Shown one piece after another: positions 53,301 through 62,661 of a stretch of 64,000 nt of DNA. This stretch comes from Clostridia bacterium (GTDB taxonomy: Bacteria; Bacillota; Clostridia; Saccharofermentanales; UBA5734), in NCBI GenBank assembly GCA_040772685.1, contig JAXGXQ010000001.1:639324-703323 (forward strand). Direction: 5' to 3'. The position numbers and the translations under genes were made by a program. Each line of letters opens with the position of its first letter. Positions within the stretch are counted from its first letter, which is position 1. The notes under the pieces are model-generated. The model worked only from the letters and a program-made list of their open reading frames with translations. It did no database searches and was not told the origin of the DNA.

Positions 53301-55007
53301 ATGAAGAAAGACTATCCCTATTACGAAACAACTGAATTTGCAGATTTACGCATAATGACAGAAAATGTCGCCCGCAAATACCCGAACAGGGTTGCAATTT
53401 CTTATAAAAAAAATCCACACGATCAGGATACAATTAAATTAACCTATGCTGAAGCGCGAGAATATATTCGCAGCATAGGCACCGGATTAATTGCTTTGGG
53501 TTGCCGCGACCAGCACATTGCTCTGATTGGCGAAACATCCTGTGACTGGATCTGCACCTATTTCGCGTTGATGTCAATCGGCAGCGTTGTAGTGCCGATT
53601 GATAAGGATTTGCCGGCAGCTGAAATTGCAGATATCCTGGTAGCTGCAGAGTGCACAAAGGTAATTTACAGCGAAACTGTCGAAAGTAAAATCGAAACTG
53701 TCAAGGAAAAAGCACAGGCGCAGCTTACGGCAATCTGTATGGCTGGAGAATCGAAAACACCCGGTCACATGAATCTCGCCGCGATCGCGGCGGATGGCAA
53801 AGTCCGCTTGGAAGCCGGTGACACCAGTTACGACGATTATGAAATCGACCCCGACCGGCTAGCTTCAATAGTCTTCACTTCCGGGACAACGGGTAAAGGC
53901 AAAGGCGTCATGCTTTCGCAAACCAATATAGCCAGCGACATGACCAACGGCATGTATCTGTTCGCAATAACACCTAAAACTATCGCTCTTCTGCCGCCTC
54001 ATCATACCTTCGGTTCAACCGTAATTTTTGTTGGCCATTTTGCCCAGGGTTCGGAAATTTATATTTCCAGTGGTTTGCGCTACATCGCGACTGAGATCCG
54101 CGAACAACAACCCTCACATTTAATTGTTGTACCACTGTTTTTAGAAAAGCTGCATCAGAAGCTGTGGCAGACAGTAAAAGAAAAAGGCAAAACTCAACAG
54201 CTCAAAAGCCTGTTTAAAATCAGCAATAATCTGCGAAAAATCGGCATCGATTTGCGCGGACCATTGTTCGGCAGCATTCGGGCAGCTTTTGGCGGCAAAC
54301 TTGAAATGGTCATTAGCGGCGGCGCTGCCTTAAGACAGGATTTCATCGATACTTTCGATAGTATTGGCATCACAGTCCTGAACGGCTACGGCATAACCGA
54401 ATGTTCCCCCCTGGTTTCCTGTAACCGCAATGAGTACCAAAAGAAAGGCAGCGTAGGCATGCCGATCCTGGAAGAAAAAATCAAAATCGTCTCACCGAAT
54501 GAAAAAGGTGAAGGCGAGATCTGCGTTAAAGGTCCAAATGTAATGCTTGGTTACTATAAGGATCCCGAAGCGACAGCGGCTGCGTTCAATGCTGAAGGCT
54601 ACTTCCGCACCGGCGACTTTGGGCGTCTCGATGAAGACGGCTGGTTGTATATAACCGGCCGGCTTAAGAACCTGATTGTCTTCAGCAATGGCAAAAACGT
54701 CTATCCTGAAGAGCTGGAAGCCGGAATCGCAGCGATCCCTGGCGTTGAAGAAGTTGTGGTTTATGCTGGCGAAAGCCGTTCCCAGAAAAACCGCGAGGTA
54801 ATCGTAGCCGACATTTTTCCGGATTATGACTGGCTTGCGGCCAATGGCCTGGATGCACAGGAATACTTTGACGCTGAAATCCGCAAATATAACAGCAGCA
54901 TCGTTTCATACAAGGCAATCGGCCAGGTTAAAATCCGCGAGACTGAATTTGAAAAAAATACGTCGCGCAAAATCGTCCGCTTCGCCATCAATAAACAGAT
55001 TGAGTGA
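53301..55007 (+). CDS. AMP-dependent long-chain acyl-CoA synthetase/ligase
   Basis: ATG 53301 preferred (GAGGAG 9 nt upstream). AMP-binding motif FTSGTTGKGKGVMLS, GYGITE, TGDFGRLDEDGWLYITGRLKN. Confidence 0.9.
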   Translation: MKKDYPYYETTEFADLRIMTENVARKYPNRVAISYKKNPHDQDTIKLTYAEAREYIRSIGTGLIALGCRDQHIALIGETSCDWICTYFALMSIGSVVVPIDKDLPAAEIADILVAAECTKVIYSETVESKIETVKEKAQAQLTAICMAGESKTPGHMNLAAIAADGKVRLEAGDTSYDDYEIDPDRLASIVFTSGTTGKGKGVMLSQTNIASDMTNGMYLFAITPKTIALLPPHHTFGSTVIFVGHFAQGSEIYISSGLRYIATEIREQQPSHLIVVPLFLEKLHQKLWQTVKEKGKTQQLKSLFKISNNLRKIGIDLRGPLFGSIRAAFGGKLEMVISGGAALRQDFIDTFDSIGITVLNGYGITECSPLVSCNRNEYQKKGSVGMPILEEKIKIVSPNEKGEGEICVKGPNVMLGYYKDPEATAAAFNAEGYFRTGDFGRLDEDGWLYITGRLKNLIVFSNGKNVYPEELEAGIAAIPGVEEVVVYAGESRSQKNREVIVADIFPDYDWLAANGLDAQEYFDAEIRKYNSSIVSYKAIGQVKIRETEFEKNTSRKIVRFAINKQIE

Positions 55008-55022
55008 ATCAGTAACCGCAAA

Positions 55023-55277
55023 TTATTGTACGCAGCCTGATATATCAATTAACGAATTGAAAAACGGTCCGTTTCGCAATCTATTTATGATTGAAAAGCG
55101 GACCGTTTTTAATTCCCTTATGAAGTTATGTAACCAGGTTGGCTGGGCGGAAAATTCAGTATCAAGTCGGCTGGCATTACCTCTGCGCCAAATTGCTTTA
55201 ATCGCGTCAATAATGTCCTGAGCTCTTGGCGGTCGGTTTTCCGTATGCTCAGTCTGGCTGGATTTTTCATCACTCAT
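55023..55277 (-). CDS. Doubtful small ORF (84 aa)
   Basis: Has a GAGGTG RBS 5 nt upstream of the ATG, but the 3' third of the ORF runs through the terminator hairpin at 55060-55110. Confidence 0.25.
   Translation of the reverse strand: MSDEKSSQTEHTENRPPRAQDIIDAIKAIWRRGNASRLDTEFSAQPTWLHNFIRELKTVRFSIINRLRNGPFFNSLIDISGCVQ
55060..55110. terminator. Bidirectional terminator
   Basis: AAAAACGGTCCG (55060-55071) pairs perfectly with CGGACCGTTTTT (55099-55110). The loop partly extends the stem. Confidence 0.65.
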
Positions 55278-55321
55278 AGTGTCACCTCAGTTAGACACAA
55301 ATTTTAAATCAGGTTTGTCAT

Positions 55322-55765
55322 TCAATTGACTATGAATTCAGTCTGCCAGATTTTGCCGCCGCCGGTTATCTCCAGAGTGTACTTGCCTTCTTCCGAAAAC
55401 ATCGGTACTCGCCACTCCCAGCTGACTCTGCCATCACTGTCGGCAGTTTTAGCTTCCATACCCGCAACTCCGCCGGCACTTTTACCAATTTTCAACATGA
55501 TGTCGTAGGTGACACCCGGCTCGGCAATAATGCTGATATTTGCTTGTTGTCCAAGCTTTGCCGACTTGGTAAAACTTACCACCTCAAAATCCGGCTCCGT
55601 GCTTGCTGTAGTTGTGACAGCAGTTGTAGCCCAGCGCTCTGTTTCGCCCGGTCCCCGTGTCTGCTTGGTAATACCGCCTGTGGAGTCGGAACCGATAATT
55701 CCCACAGCCGCGATTACGCCGACAATCAAGGGCCATAAATCCATTTTTTTTCTTGGAGTCGCCAA
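55322..55765 (-). CDS. N-terminally membrane-anchored extracytoplasmic protein of unknown function (beta-rich)
   Basis: TTG start 55765 with AGGAGA 6 nt upstream. TM helix LWPLIVGVIAAVGIIG, Thr-rich linker, then a strand-like pattern of about 90 aa. Confidence 0.6.
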   Translation of the reverse strand: MATPRKKMDLWPLIVGVIAAVGIIGSDSTGGITKQTRGPGETERWATTAVTTTASTEPDFEVVSFTKSAKLGQQANISIIAEPGVTYDIMLKIGKSAGGVAGMEAKTADSDGRVSWEWRVPMFSEEGKYTLEITGGGKIWQTEFIVN

Positions 55766-55807
55766 AGTCGCTCTCCTGAAATGAGAAAATTTCTGCCAGC
55801 GGTTTAT

Positions 55808-56539
55808 TCAGTGGTCCATCCCGATCCGCCGCAGCTGGTCAACAATCTGGCCGCGACCCGCCACCCGGGTGGCGCCCAGTTCAATAAACGCGAGCTGATC
55901 TTCCAGGCTGGCAACTTCGCCGGTTGCCTTGACGCCGCAACGTCCCGCCACAGCATCAACCAGCAAAGCGACGTTATGCATGGTGGCGCGACCGGGGCCA
56001 AAGCCTGTAGAAGTTTTAACAAAACGCACACCAGCCTGAATGGCGATTTCAACCAGTTGACGCATCTGGTCATCCGTAAGATAACCAACTTCAATTATTG
56101 CTTTAACATATACTCCGAACTCTGCACAAGTGCAAACAACAGATTCGATATCGCGCCGGACATAATCATAATCGCCGTCAAAAAAGCGCGCCAGATTGAT
56201 CACCATGTCAATTTCGTTGGCGCCGTCCAGCAAAGCTTGTCTTGTTTCGGCTGTTTTAGCTTCGATAGTAGTTGAACCGTGTGGATAACCAATAGCGGTT
56301 TGAATATTGCGGCCACTGCCTTGCATTTGTTCAGCTGCGAGCTTTACCCAGGTTGGATACACAACCACAGAAGCAAACTGGTAGCGGCGCACAATGTCAC
56401 AAGCCTCAATAACGTCTCTCGAGGTGCAGTTAGGGTTCAAAGCTTTAGTGTAATCCACCATCGAGCAGATTTTCCTCAAGGCAACTTCATCTTCCGGATA
56501 CTTCAGCAACTTAACCATGGGTACCGCCTTTCTTGCCAA
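55808..56539 (-). CDS. DeoC/LacD-type class I aldolase (deoxyribose-phosphate aldolase family)
   Basis: FASVVVYP, TAIGYPHG, EIDMVIN, Schiff-base motif FVKTSTGFG. Start is TTG 56539 or ATG 56518. Confidence 0.75.
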   Translation of the reverse strand: MARKAVPMVKLLKYPEDEVALRKICSMVDYTKALNPNCTSRDVIEACDIVRRYQFASVVVYPTWVKLAAEQMQGSGRNIQTAIGYPHGSTTIEAKTAETRQALLDGANEIDMVINLARFFDGDYDYVRRDIESVVCTCAEFGVYVKAIIEVGYLTDDQMRQLVEIAIQAGVRFVKTSTGFGPGRATMHNVALLVDAVAGRCGVKATGEVASLEDQLAFIELGATRVAGRGQIVDQLRRIGMDH

Positions 56540-56625
56540 CAGACTTTACTCAACCAAATATTTAATTAATAAATTCCAATAGATATTCCTAAACATTTTC
56601 CGCTGTAACCAGACAATTCATTTTA

Positions 56626-57165
56626 CTACTTGGCGCTGCGCATCACCAGCGGCAGCAAATGCTCAGCAACGTCGGCTTCCAGCGTGGTCAGCCAATGCAG
56701 GAATGGCTTTACCAGATCCCAGCGTTCCTTAAAGCTGGCAGGACTTTCAGCGATTTTCTGAAACTCCCGCACCCGAGCCAATATCGCCGCGAAATCCGCT
56801 TCCTGCGCGAAGGCACATTGCTGCATTTCGCTTATTGTGTTCTCAAATAGTGTATTAGTACTCATGACTTTCTCCACCACCTTTGTCAGTTGAACATAGT
56901 CGCGGCACGTTTTAGTTTGCTGATTCGATTTAAAAATACTCAGCTTGCCGAGAATCATCTCAACATCATCAAGATAAAAACCGGTGTATGCACCCATCAA
57001 GCCGCCATGCCAGCCGGGAATAACTTCCTGGTATATGGCAGTAGCTTCATCACGAATTTTCTTAGCCAGGTCAATGTCGCGATAGTTTAACGCATCCTTG
57101 CATTTTTGGATCAAGGAATCACACTTTTCCAGGGCTGTGTCATTTATCACCGATTCACAATTCAT
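56626..57165 (-). CDS. Hypothetical 179-aa helical protein
   Basis: ORF with a CAGGAGAGAC RBS region. No motif recognised. Confidence 0.55.
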   Translation of the reverse strand: MNCESVINDTALEKCDSLIQKCKDALNYRDIDLAKKIRDEATAIYQEVIPGWHGGLMGAYTGFYLDDVEMILGKLSIFKSNQQTKTCRDYVQLTKVVEKVMSTNTLFENTISEMQQCAFAQEADFAAILARVREFQKIAESPASFKERWDLVKPFLHWLTTLEADVAEHLLPLVMRSAK

Positions 57166-57370
57166 TTTCTGTCTCTCCTGAAATGTCTTGCCACTTTACT
57201 CTGTTAATTCATTAGATTACTTTGAGTATACCAGAAGTTATTGCATTACTCAGTAAATTGATTGAATTAGATATTGTCATTTTCAGATCTTGTTTAATAC
57301 GGTATACTTGAATAACCAATAAATTATTCCATAAATATGACAATTACCTGAGCGGATTCAATTAAACTTA

Positions 57371-60046
57371 GTGGGTTGTGATTCAATGATATCGCGTCGC
57401 AGTGATTTCAGTCCGCGGATTATATCATCGCAGGTTGTGCTTCATCTAGCCTGCGGCTTGCTTTACTTTTGGCGTGCCGAAGGCGTCACTTGGCTGAACG
57501 TACTGCTTGCCCTGGTTGTGATGTATTTACCGGCGATGACTTTTGGCAGGCTGGCGGGTTTAATCTCCGGTTTGTTTTTTAGTGTTGTTATGGCGGCGAA
57601 ACTTATTCTCCAGCAGTTTTCAGCAGCTGCAGACACATTTTCTCCCCTGACTATACTGCAACAGGCTCTGGAACCGCAATGGCCGCTGCTTGCAGCATTA
57701 CCGCTTTTGGGATTTCTGCTTGGCATGTATGCTGAATGGTTTGGCATTCGCCGACCCGAAGGTGCCAAGCGCTTACGCCTGCTAAAAGAAAGAAATTCCC
57801 AACTGGAAACGCAACTCAAAATACTTTCAACTAAGCCTGTCTACTTCAATACCTGGAGCAGCCTGCAAGGACAGAACCCCCTGAATGAAAGGCTGCTGGG
57901 TTTATTAGCCGCAACCAAAATCCGCGGCGATGCACGCGGCGACGTTTATTGGGCTTCCGATTCAAACCAGCAGCTTTTCAACGAGTACATTCGTATCCGG
58001 CCGGAAGTGCTCGCTGTTTTGGAACTGGATGGAACAATCCTCCAGGCAAACAACAATTTACTGGCGATCTATGGGTATCCGCCGGCCTCAGAGCACCAGC
58101 CGGCGAATATAAAAGATTTATTGCTGCCGGCTGACAACCAGGCAGCTGCTGCTTTTATGGAACGGCTCCTGACCCTGGGCAGAGGAACCAGCGAACTGCT
58201 AAAGATTACGCCGCCGTCAGCAAATACACGACTGACAACAGCTGCGGCAACAGCTGAAGAGGATGCGCGGGCCGAAAGCTATAATCAGCTGCTGATCTCA
58301 CCGTCCATATACCTGGAATGCCTCGGCTCGCCGCTGACTCTGGTCGCGGCTGTAAATATTAATTCCGCCTTCGCTCTGAATACGGACAATCATTCTGCTT
58401 TTGCCGAGCTGGCCAAACAGCCGTTTTTCTGCCTGGCACCTGATAACACAATTACCTATCTGAACGATACCGCCAGTCAACTGCTGAACAGCGAAGATCA
58501 AGAACCAGTCGGTCAACACCTGGAACGCTTGCTCAGCTGGCGTCATGCTGCTGTTGTGGCAGAAATTGAACAAGAGTGCCGGGCCGGCAATACTCCTGTT
58601 CGTGAAGTGGAGCTGCTGCCGCGCAATAATGCCCGTCGGATTATGCAAATTTCTGCCTTTCCTGCCTTGACCGAAAGCAGACGTTATTTGGGCTGCACAT
58701 TGTTGCTTAAGGAAGTTACCAGCCTGCGCCTGATGGACGAAGCTCTGCAACATCGCCTGGCGCTTGAGCAGATGAGTTCTAAAATTTCCGCCCGGTTTAT
58801 CTCAGTGGAGCCTGATGATTTGGATGAAGCCGTTATAGCTGCCCTGAAAAATATCGGTGACTTTGAAGGGGTCATTCAAACCAGCATCGAAATCTTCCAA
58901 ACGAAACGAATAAAAAATCCTGTTAACTATACAGTGGTTAACGCACGGGGTGAAGCTAAACAAGCTGCTGACGCGGCAACGGAAAACGGCTGGCGCGCTA
59001 ATTCGGATCCTTTTGAGACCGTTTCGATCGCGATTGCAGTTGCTGGTGAAACGGCCGGGCATTTCCGTTTTCTGAAAGAACGCTACCACGAGGATACTTT
59101 TGAGCAGGATCTCGACCTGATTCGCCTGATCGGAGAAATAATTATCAACGCTTTGTTACGTAAACAGGGAATACTCGAAATCCGTTTCAATGAAAGCAGG
59201 CTGGCGAGCACAATTCAGGCTCTGAACGAAGGAGTTATCGCTACTGACCCCAGCGGGAAAATCACCTTAATGAATCAAATGGCAGAAAAGCTGACCGGTT
59301 GGACAGCCGCTGAAGCCCAAAACCGGCTTCTTGCCGAAGTTTTTCGAACCGAGCCGGCCAGCGATCCCGATGAACCCTCCGTGGTAGCCGAGCTGTATCC
59401 GCTTTCCGAAACTGATGACAGCCTTGTGCTTATCAGCCGCGATGGCAGCAGATATAATATTCGGGCCAACAGTTCCGAAATCAGCCATGAACTTAGCTAT
59501 TATGGCAATGTCACAGTATTCCGCGACATAACCCGGGAAAAAATGCAAAACGATCAGATTCGACGTGTCAGTTATAATGACATTTTAACCGGTCTGTATA
59601 ACCGGACCTTCTTTGAAGAAATTCTCGCTCGTCTCAACACGCCCCGCCAGTATCCGATTTCCCTGATCATGGGCGATTGCAACGACCTGAAAGCAGCTAA
59701 CGACAATTACGGTCATTTAGTTGGTGATCGTTTGCTGCAAACTATCGCCAACATTCTCAAAAAGGCAACCAGGCATGAGGATATTGTAGCTCGCTGGGGC
59801 GGTGACGAATTCACAATTATCTTAAGCAAAACTGACGCAGCGTCCTGTCTGAAAATAAAAGAACGAATCAAAGCCTTGTGTGCCGCAGCCCCGGCTGACC
59901 CGATTCAGCCGAGCCTCGCCATAGGCTGTGCGACAAACACCGCGGAAAACATTGCTCCGGACAACATGGAAGCCTTACTGCAGCTGGCGGAAAAAAGAAT
60001 GTATGAAGATAAACGCGAACGCAATGGTAATGGCTTTAACAGGTAG
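57371..60046 (+). CDS. Membrane-associated multi-PAS diguanylate cyclase (GGDEF)
   Basis: N-terminal TM segments, PAS-like segments, C-terminal GGDEF domain with LYNRTFFEE, GDCNDLKAANDNYGH and active site RWGGDEFTIIL. GTG 57371 or ATG 57386 start. Confidence 0.85.
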   Translation: MGCDSMISRRSDFSPRIISSQVVLHLACGLLYFWRAEGVTWLNVLLALVVMYLPAMTFGRLAGLISGLFFSVVMAAKLILQQFSAAADTFSPLTILQQALEPQWPLLAALPLLGFLLGMYAEWFGIRRPEGAKRLRLLKERNSQLETQLKILSTKPVYFNTWSSLQGQNPLNERLLGLLAATKIRGDARGDVYWASDSNQQLFNEYIRIRPEVLAVLELDGTILQANNNLLAIYGYPPASEHQPANIKDLLLPADNQAAAAFMERLLTLGRGTSELLKITPPSANTRLTTAAATAEEDARAESYNQLLISPSIYLECLGSPLTLVAAVNINSAFALNTDNHSAFAELAKQPFFCLAPDNTITYLNDTASQLLNSEDQEPVGQHLERLLSWRHAAVVAEIEQECRAGNTPVREVELLPRNNARRIMQISAFPALTESRRYLGCTLLLKEVTSLRLMDEALQHRLALEQMSSKISARFISVEPDDLDEAVIAALKNIGDFEGVIQTSIEIFQTKRIKNPVNYTVVNARGEAKQAADAATENGWRANSDPFETVSIAIAVAGETAGHFRFLKERYHEDTFEQDLDLIRLIGEIIINALLRKQGILEIRFNESRLASTIQALNEGVIATDPSGKITLMNQMAEKLTGWTAAEAQNRLLAEVFRTEPASDPDEPSVVAELYPLSETDDSLVLISRDGSRYNIRANSSEISHELSYYGNVTVFRDITREKMQNDQIRRVSYNDILTGLYNRTFFEEILARLNTPRQYPISLIMGDCNDLKAANDNYGHLVGDRLLQTIANILKKATRHEDIVARWGGDEFTIILSKTDAASCLKIKERIKALCAAAPADPIQPSLAIGCATNTAENIAPDNMEALLQLAEKRMYEDKRERNGNGFNR

Positions 60047-60150
60047 CGGATTATTAAATTTCATAGTATATTTATACAATCAAACTAATTTAGTCCGCGG
60101 ACATAATTTTTGCATCACCGTAACGGTTTGGCAAGAACAGGAGCAAACTA

Positions 60151-60762
60151 ATGAAAACAGATAATTCTGCCCGCACTCTTTGGATGGCACAAACGGCGAT
60201 CCTTGCCGCAATTATCATTTTGATGGCATTCACTCCACTTGGCTACCTTCGAGTCGGCGCCCTTTCAATTACTTTTCTGCCGATTCCAGTTGTAGTAGGC
60301 GCCATTCTGATCAACCCGGCAGCAGGCGCAGTGCTCGGCGGAGTTTTTGGCCTCACCAGCTTTGCCCAGTGCTTTGGGATCGATCCCTTCGGCACTGCCC
60401 TGTTTGCCATCAGTCCGATCCTCACCTTCATCCTGACAATGGTGCCGCGCATACTTATGGGTCTGCTGGTCGGCTTGATTTTCCGGGCGCTGGTCAAAAT
60501 CGACAGAACCGGTGTCTGGTCCTACGCAGTTGCTTCGCTCAGCGGCGCTCTGCTTAACACAGTACTTTTTGTCGGCGGTCTTGTCTGGTTCTTTGGCAAC
60601 TCCGAGTATTTGCGTCAGTTTGGCGACAGTATTCTTGCCATTCTCGGTGTATTGATTACCGTTAACGCGCTGGTGGAAGCCATTGTAACTATGGTCATCG
60701 GTACAATGATCACCAAGGCGCTGAGCAAAGTTATTAAAAGCCGCAACACCCAAAATTTCTGA
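60151..60762 (+). CDS. ECF transporter S (substrate-capture) component, substrate unassigned
   Basis: 203 aa, 6 TM. Pattern TAILAAIIILMAFTPLGYL...ITFLPIPVVVGAIL...MVPRILMGL is typical of ECF S components. No ECF A/T genes are adjacent. Confidence 0.6.
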   Translation: MKTDNSARTLWMAQTAILAAIIILMAFTPLGYLRVGALSITFLPIPVVVGAILINPAAGAVLGGVFGLTSFAQCFGIDPFGTALFAISPILTFILTMVPRILMGLLVGLIFRALVKIDRTGVWSYAVASLSGALLNTVLFVGGLVWFFGNSEYLRQFGDSILAILGVLITVNALVEAIVTMVIGTMITKALSKVIKSRNTQNF

Positions 60763-60780
60763 TTAACAGAGGCTGGTGGT

Positions 60781-61440
60781 ATGTTCACGTTAACTGCTCT
60801 TAACGTAATACCCCGTATCCTGACAGTAGCGTTGCTGTTCATGCTTTATTTGCTTGCTGCGCTGATTTTCCTGCTGCTGGTCGCCCTCTTGATTCCGTTT
60901 CAATATCAACTTAAGACTCATTTTAAAGATGAGTCTTTTCTTTTGGCCAAAATCCGCTATGCCTTCCTGCGTTTTGACCTCAGCTTAACAGCAGCAGGTT
61001 TGCAGACTGGATTCCAGCTTTTTGGCTGGAAAATCAACCCCGGCAGCAACCAAAAAAAGGCTAAGGTTAAGCAGAAGCGTGAAAAAGGTAAACGCAGCAA
61101 GCGCCAGCGCAAACGGCCGGGTCGAAAATTCATTACCGAAACAAAACGCCTGATCTGTTCAATTTATCGGGCAACCAGACCGCGTGTTTTTTCCGCCACT
61201 GGCACTTATTCGTTGGCGGATCCTGCCGATACAGCCCTGGTGGCAATGTTGATTATGAGCCTGGCTGCAGCCTTGCCGCGGGCAGATATTTCTCTACAGC
61301 CGGATTTTATTAATGAAGTAAATGATTTCAGAGTGGAATTAGCAGGTAGAATTGTACCAATCGTGCTTGTATTTTATGTAATTCGATTTATGCTCAAAAA
61401 AGAGGTGCGTCAGGTTCTGATCGGCCGGCGTATCCGTTAG
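60781..61440 (+). CDS. DUF2953 (YtfI-like) sporulation-associated membrane protein
   Basis: N-terminal TM, basic K/R-rich stretch. Sits immediately upstream of a GerW-family gene, as in the Bacillus ytfI-ytfJ arrangement. Confidence 0.6.
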   Translation: MFTLTALNVIPRILTVALLFMLYLLAALIFLLLVALLIPFQYQLKTHFKDESFLLAKIRYAFLRFDLSLTAAGLQTGFQLFGWKINPGSNQKKAKVKQKREKGKRSKRQRKRPGRKFITETKRLICSIYRATRPRVFSATGTYSLADPADTALVAMLIMSLAAALPRADISLQPDFINEVNDFRVELAGRIVPIVLVFYVIRFMLKKEVRQVLIGRRIR

Positions 61441-61480
61441 CCAACTTAAATGCTAAAATTTTATGCAGGAGGATCTCAGC

Positions 61481-61933
61481 ATGGATAGTCAAAACATGGT
61501 CAAAGAAAACATTGATATCCTATTTGAAAAACTGGAAAAATTTTTGAAAACAGAGACTGTAGTAGGCCAGCCAATTGTGATTGGCGATACCACATTGCTG
61601 CCGATAATAAGCATTTCCTTTGGTGCCGCTACCGGTGCGGGCTCTGGCTCCAGCAACGGCGACGCCAAAGTTGGTTCTGGCAGCGGCTCTGGCTCAGGAC
61701 TTGGCTCAGCTGCTAAAGTATCGCCAACAGCAATTGTTGTAATCCGTAAAGATGAAGTAAGTTTACTGCCGATAAAAGACAAAGTGGGGCTCTCAAATCT
61801 GATTGAGAAAGTACCTGATTTGATGGATAAAATTGATACTATGCGGCAGAAGCAAAAAGATCAGCCGGCAAAAGAACATGCAGAAAAACAGCCTGACAGC
61901 AAGGCGGAAACGGATATAAGCAGCAATACATGA
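61481..61933 (+). CDS. GerW (YtfJ) family sporulation protein
   Basis: Start moved to ATG 61481 (AGGAGG 8 nt upstream). VVGQPIVIGDTTLLPIISISFG, Gly/Ser linker, VSPTAIVVIRKDEVSLLPI. Confidence 0.8.
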   Translation: MDSQNMVKENIDILFEKLEKFLKTETVVGQPIVIGDTTLLPIISISFGAATGAGSGSSNGDAKVGSGSGSGSGLGSAAKVSPTAIVVIRKDEVSLLPIKDKVGLSNLIEKVPDLMDKIDTMRQKQKDQPAKEHAEKQPDSKAETDISSNT

Positions 61934-62661
61934 TATATGCAAAAAAAAGGCGTGATAATGGCACGCCGCCAACAATCCAGCGCGGCGGCCGTTATCGCCA
62001 CGCCTGGTGGTCATTGTATATGCCCTGCTACCTCCTGATGTACACTTTGGTGGAAAAAGCAGTTCCAAGTAATAGCGATTACTGGGTTTCATACCTGCCA
62101 ATAGATGACCGAATTCCCTTTATTGCGGAGTTTGTCTACTTTTATGTGCTCTGGTACCCTTTGTTATTTGCCGTTGGACTCTGGCTGATCTTCAAGGATG
62201 CAGCCGCTTTCCGCCGGTATATGTGGTCTATCATTATCGGATTCACCGGCAGCACCCTGTTTTGCTTCTTGTTTCCCAATGGGCAGAACCTGCGTCCTGA
62301 AGTTATCCCGGGCAACAGCCTGGCTGCCTTTTTGGTGCGTCAGATCCACCTGGCTGACACCAATACAAATGTCTTGCCGAGCGTACATGTGATAGGCTCG
62401 TTTTGTGTTCTGTTCGCGGTTCTGGATTCTGCTACAGTCAGCAAATTCTGGCGTGCCTGTGCGGCAATCCTGGTAATCCTGATCAACTTATCGACAGTTA
62501 TAATCAAACAGCATTCCGTGCTGGATGTATACGTCGGTATTGCTGTCAGCGGCTTGTTGTACGTGCTGGTATACATTATTATCCGGCGCTTTCAGGAAAA
62601 CACCGGAACCGATGAGCCGGTAAATTGTAAAAAACAGGTGCGAGATAAGGTAATGTCATGA
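61930..62661 (+). CDS. PAP2 superfamily membrane phosphatase/transferase-like protein
   Basis: Multi-TM with LPSVHV and KQHSVLDV motifs (PAP2 C2/C3-like). 4-nt overlaps with both neighbours. Confidence 0.6.
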   Translation: MIYAKKRRDNGTPPTIQRGGRYRHAWWSLYMPCYLLMYTLVEKAVPSNSDYWVSYLPIDDRIPFIAEFVYFYVLWYPLLFAVGLWLIFKDAAAFRRYMWSIIIGFTGSTLFCFLFPNGQNLRPEVIPGNSLAAFLVRQIHLADTNTNVLPSVHVIGSFCVLFAVLDSATVSKFWRACAAILVILINLSTVIIKQHSVLDVYVGIAVSGLLYVLVYIIIRRFQENTGTDEPVNCKKQVRDKVMS

